From Synechococcus sp. (lineage in GTDB: Bacteria > Cyanobacteriota > Cyanobacteriia > PCC-6307 > Cyanobiaceae), in contig JBJBCN010000003.1 of the NCBI GenBank assembly GCA_047285805.1, positions 320,001 through 384,000 of the forward strand: a stretch of 64,000 nt of DNA, in the 5' to 3' direction. The number at the start of each line of letters is the position of its first letter. The first letter of the stretch is position 1. A program made the translations under genes and the position numbers. Positions 63,031 through 64,000 of the stretch are shown piece by piece. The notes under the pieces are model-generated. The model searched no databases, was not told where the DNA came from, and worked only from the letters and a program-made list of their open reading frames with translations.

Positions 63031-63069
63031 AAGCCGTCTGGGCCGATTCGGCGTGAATTCAGCAATCAA

Positions 63070-63075
63070 ACCCTA
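63070..63075 (-). promoter_or_regulatory. Candidate -10 element for rbp
   Basis: TAGGGT on minus strand ~40 nt upstream of the GTG start. Confidence 0.3.
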
Positions 63076-63105
63076 GACCGGCTGAAGCGATTTGAACCGG
63101 TTTGC

Positions 63106-64000
63106 TCACTGCGGGAGTCGTGCTTTTGCTCGCTCCAGTTGAAGCCGAACCTGATCAAAGGCTGTCCCACCTTCACTGCGGCGGGCCGCCACCACCTGAC
63201 GGGGATGAATGGCATCAAAGATGTCGGATTCAAAGGCGGCGTGAAGCTCCTGCCAACGCTCCAGCGGCAACTCACGCAAGAGGATCCGCTTCTGCAAACA
63301 GGTTTTGACCAGGCCGCCCACCAATTGATAGGCCTCCCGGAAGGGGACGCCCTTTCCAACCAAGTAGTCCGCCACATCCGTGGCGTTAGAGAAGTCACTC
63401 TCCACCGCCTGCTCCAGACGCTGCGGACGAAACTCCAACCCCTCCTCAAACAAGATCGCCATCGCCTCCAGGCAGGCCAGGGTCGTGGTCACGGCATCAA
63501 ACAGGGCCTCTTTGTCCTCCTGGAAATCTTTGTTGTAGGCCAGAGGCAAGCCCTTGATCATCACCAGCAGTCCCTGCAGGTGACCGAAGACGCGCCCGCA
63601 CTTCCCCCGCACCAACTCCGGAACATCGGGGTTTTTCTTTTGGGGCATCAGGCTGCTGCCGGTGGCGCAGCGATCCGTGAGGCTGACGAAGCGAAACTCC
63701 TCGCTGGCCCAAAGGATCACCTCCTCACTGAGGCGGCTCAGGTGCACCATCACCAGGCTGGCCGCCGCGCTGAACTCCACCGCGAAATCGCGGTCACTCA
63801 CCGCGTCAAGGCTGTTGGAATAGACCTCGTCGAAACCCAGGGCCGCCGCCGTCTGACGCCGATCAATCGGCACCGGGGTCCCCGCCAGGGCTGCGGCGCC
63901 TAAGGGGCAAATGTTGACCCGTTTGCGTAGGTCCTGCAGACGAGCCCGATCCCGCTCCGCCATCTCCACGTAAGCCAGTAGGTGATGGGCAAGACAGATC
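63106..64000 (-). CDS. argH: Argininosuccinate lyase, 5' part beyond the window
   Basis: [48 protein letters not shown]. Confidence 0.97.
   Translation of the reverse strand, partial: ICLAHHLLAYVEMAERDRARLQDLRKRVNICPLGAAALAGTPVPIDRRQTAAALGFDEVYSNSLDAVSDRDFAVEFSAAASLVMVHLSRLSEEVILWASEEFRFVSLTDRCATGSSLMPQKKNPDVPELVRGKCGRVFGHLQGLLVMIKGLPLAYNKDFQEDKEALFDAVTTTLACLEAMAILFEEGLEFRPQRLEQAVESDFSNATDVADYLVGKGVPFREAYQLVGGLVKTCLQKRILLRELPLERWQELHAAFESDIFDAIHPRQVVAARRSEGGTAFDQVRLQLERAKARLPQ

Noticed and set aside
62989..63903. 304-aa plus-strand ORF
   Set aside because: Antisense shadow of argH.

Overview
Chromosomal segment of a picocyanobacterium (Synechococcus/Cyanobium-like, judged from ho1, icd, rbp, glcE/glcF, hisS, galE, pcrA and argH). 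The left ~35 kb is a cell-surface polysaccharide island. It holds a ~25 kb minus-strand run with Wzx, a Wzy-like protein, an O-antigen-ligase-like protein, uxs/gmd/fcl and many GT2/GT4/GT61 enzymes, plus an unusually large set (~9-10 in the window) of polytopic GT-C-type membrane proteins and a GtrB-like enzyme. The right ~29 kb is housekeeping backbone punctuated by small glycan-modifying inserts: a membrane-anchored SGNH protein, an sxtI-J-K-like O-carbamoyltransferase operon, a GT4 with an apparently catalytically dead phosphoglycosyl transferase, and a gtrA-gtrB-GT-C cassette. The most striking observation is a 53-aa microprotein missing from the ORF track (48044-48205). It has DltX-like topology and ends in FIYSIF, matching the tyrosine acyl-carrier motif of MBOAT envelope-acylation pathways, but it is paired with a carbamoyltransferase rather than an MBOAT. 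No rRNA, tRNA, CRISPR array, integrase or transposase was recognised. All family calls are from motif recognition by eye, not database searches.
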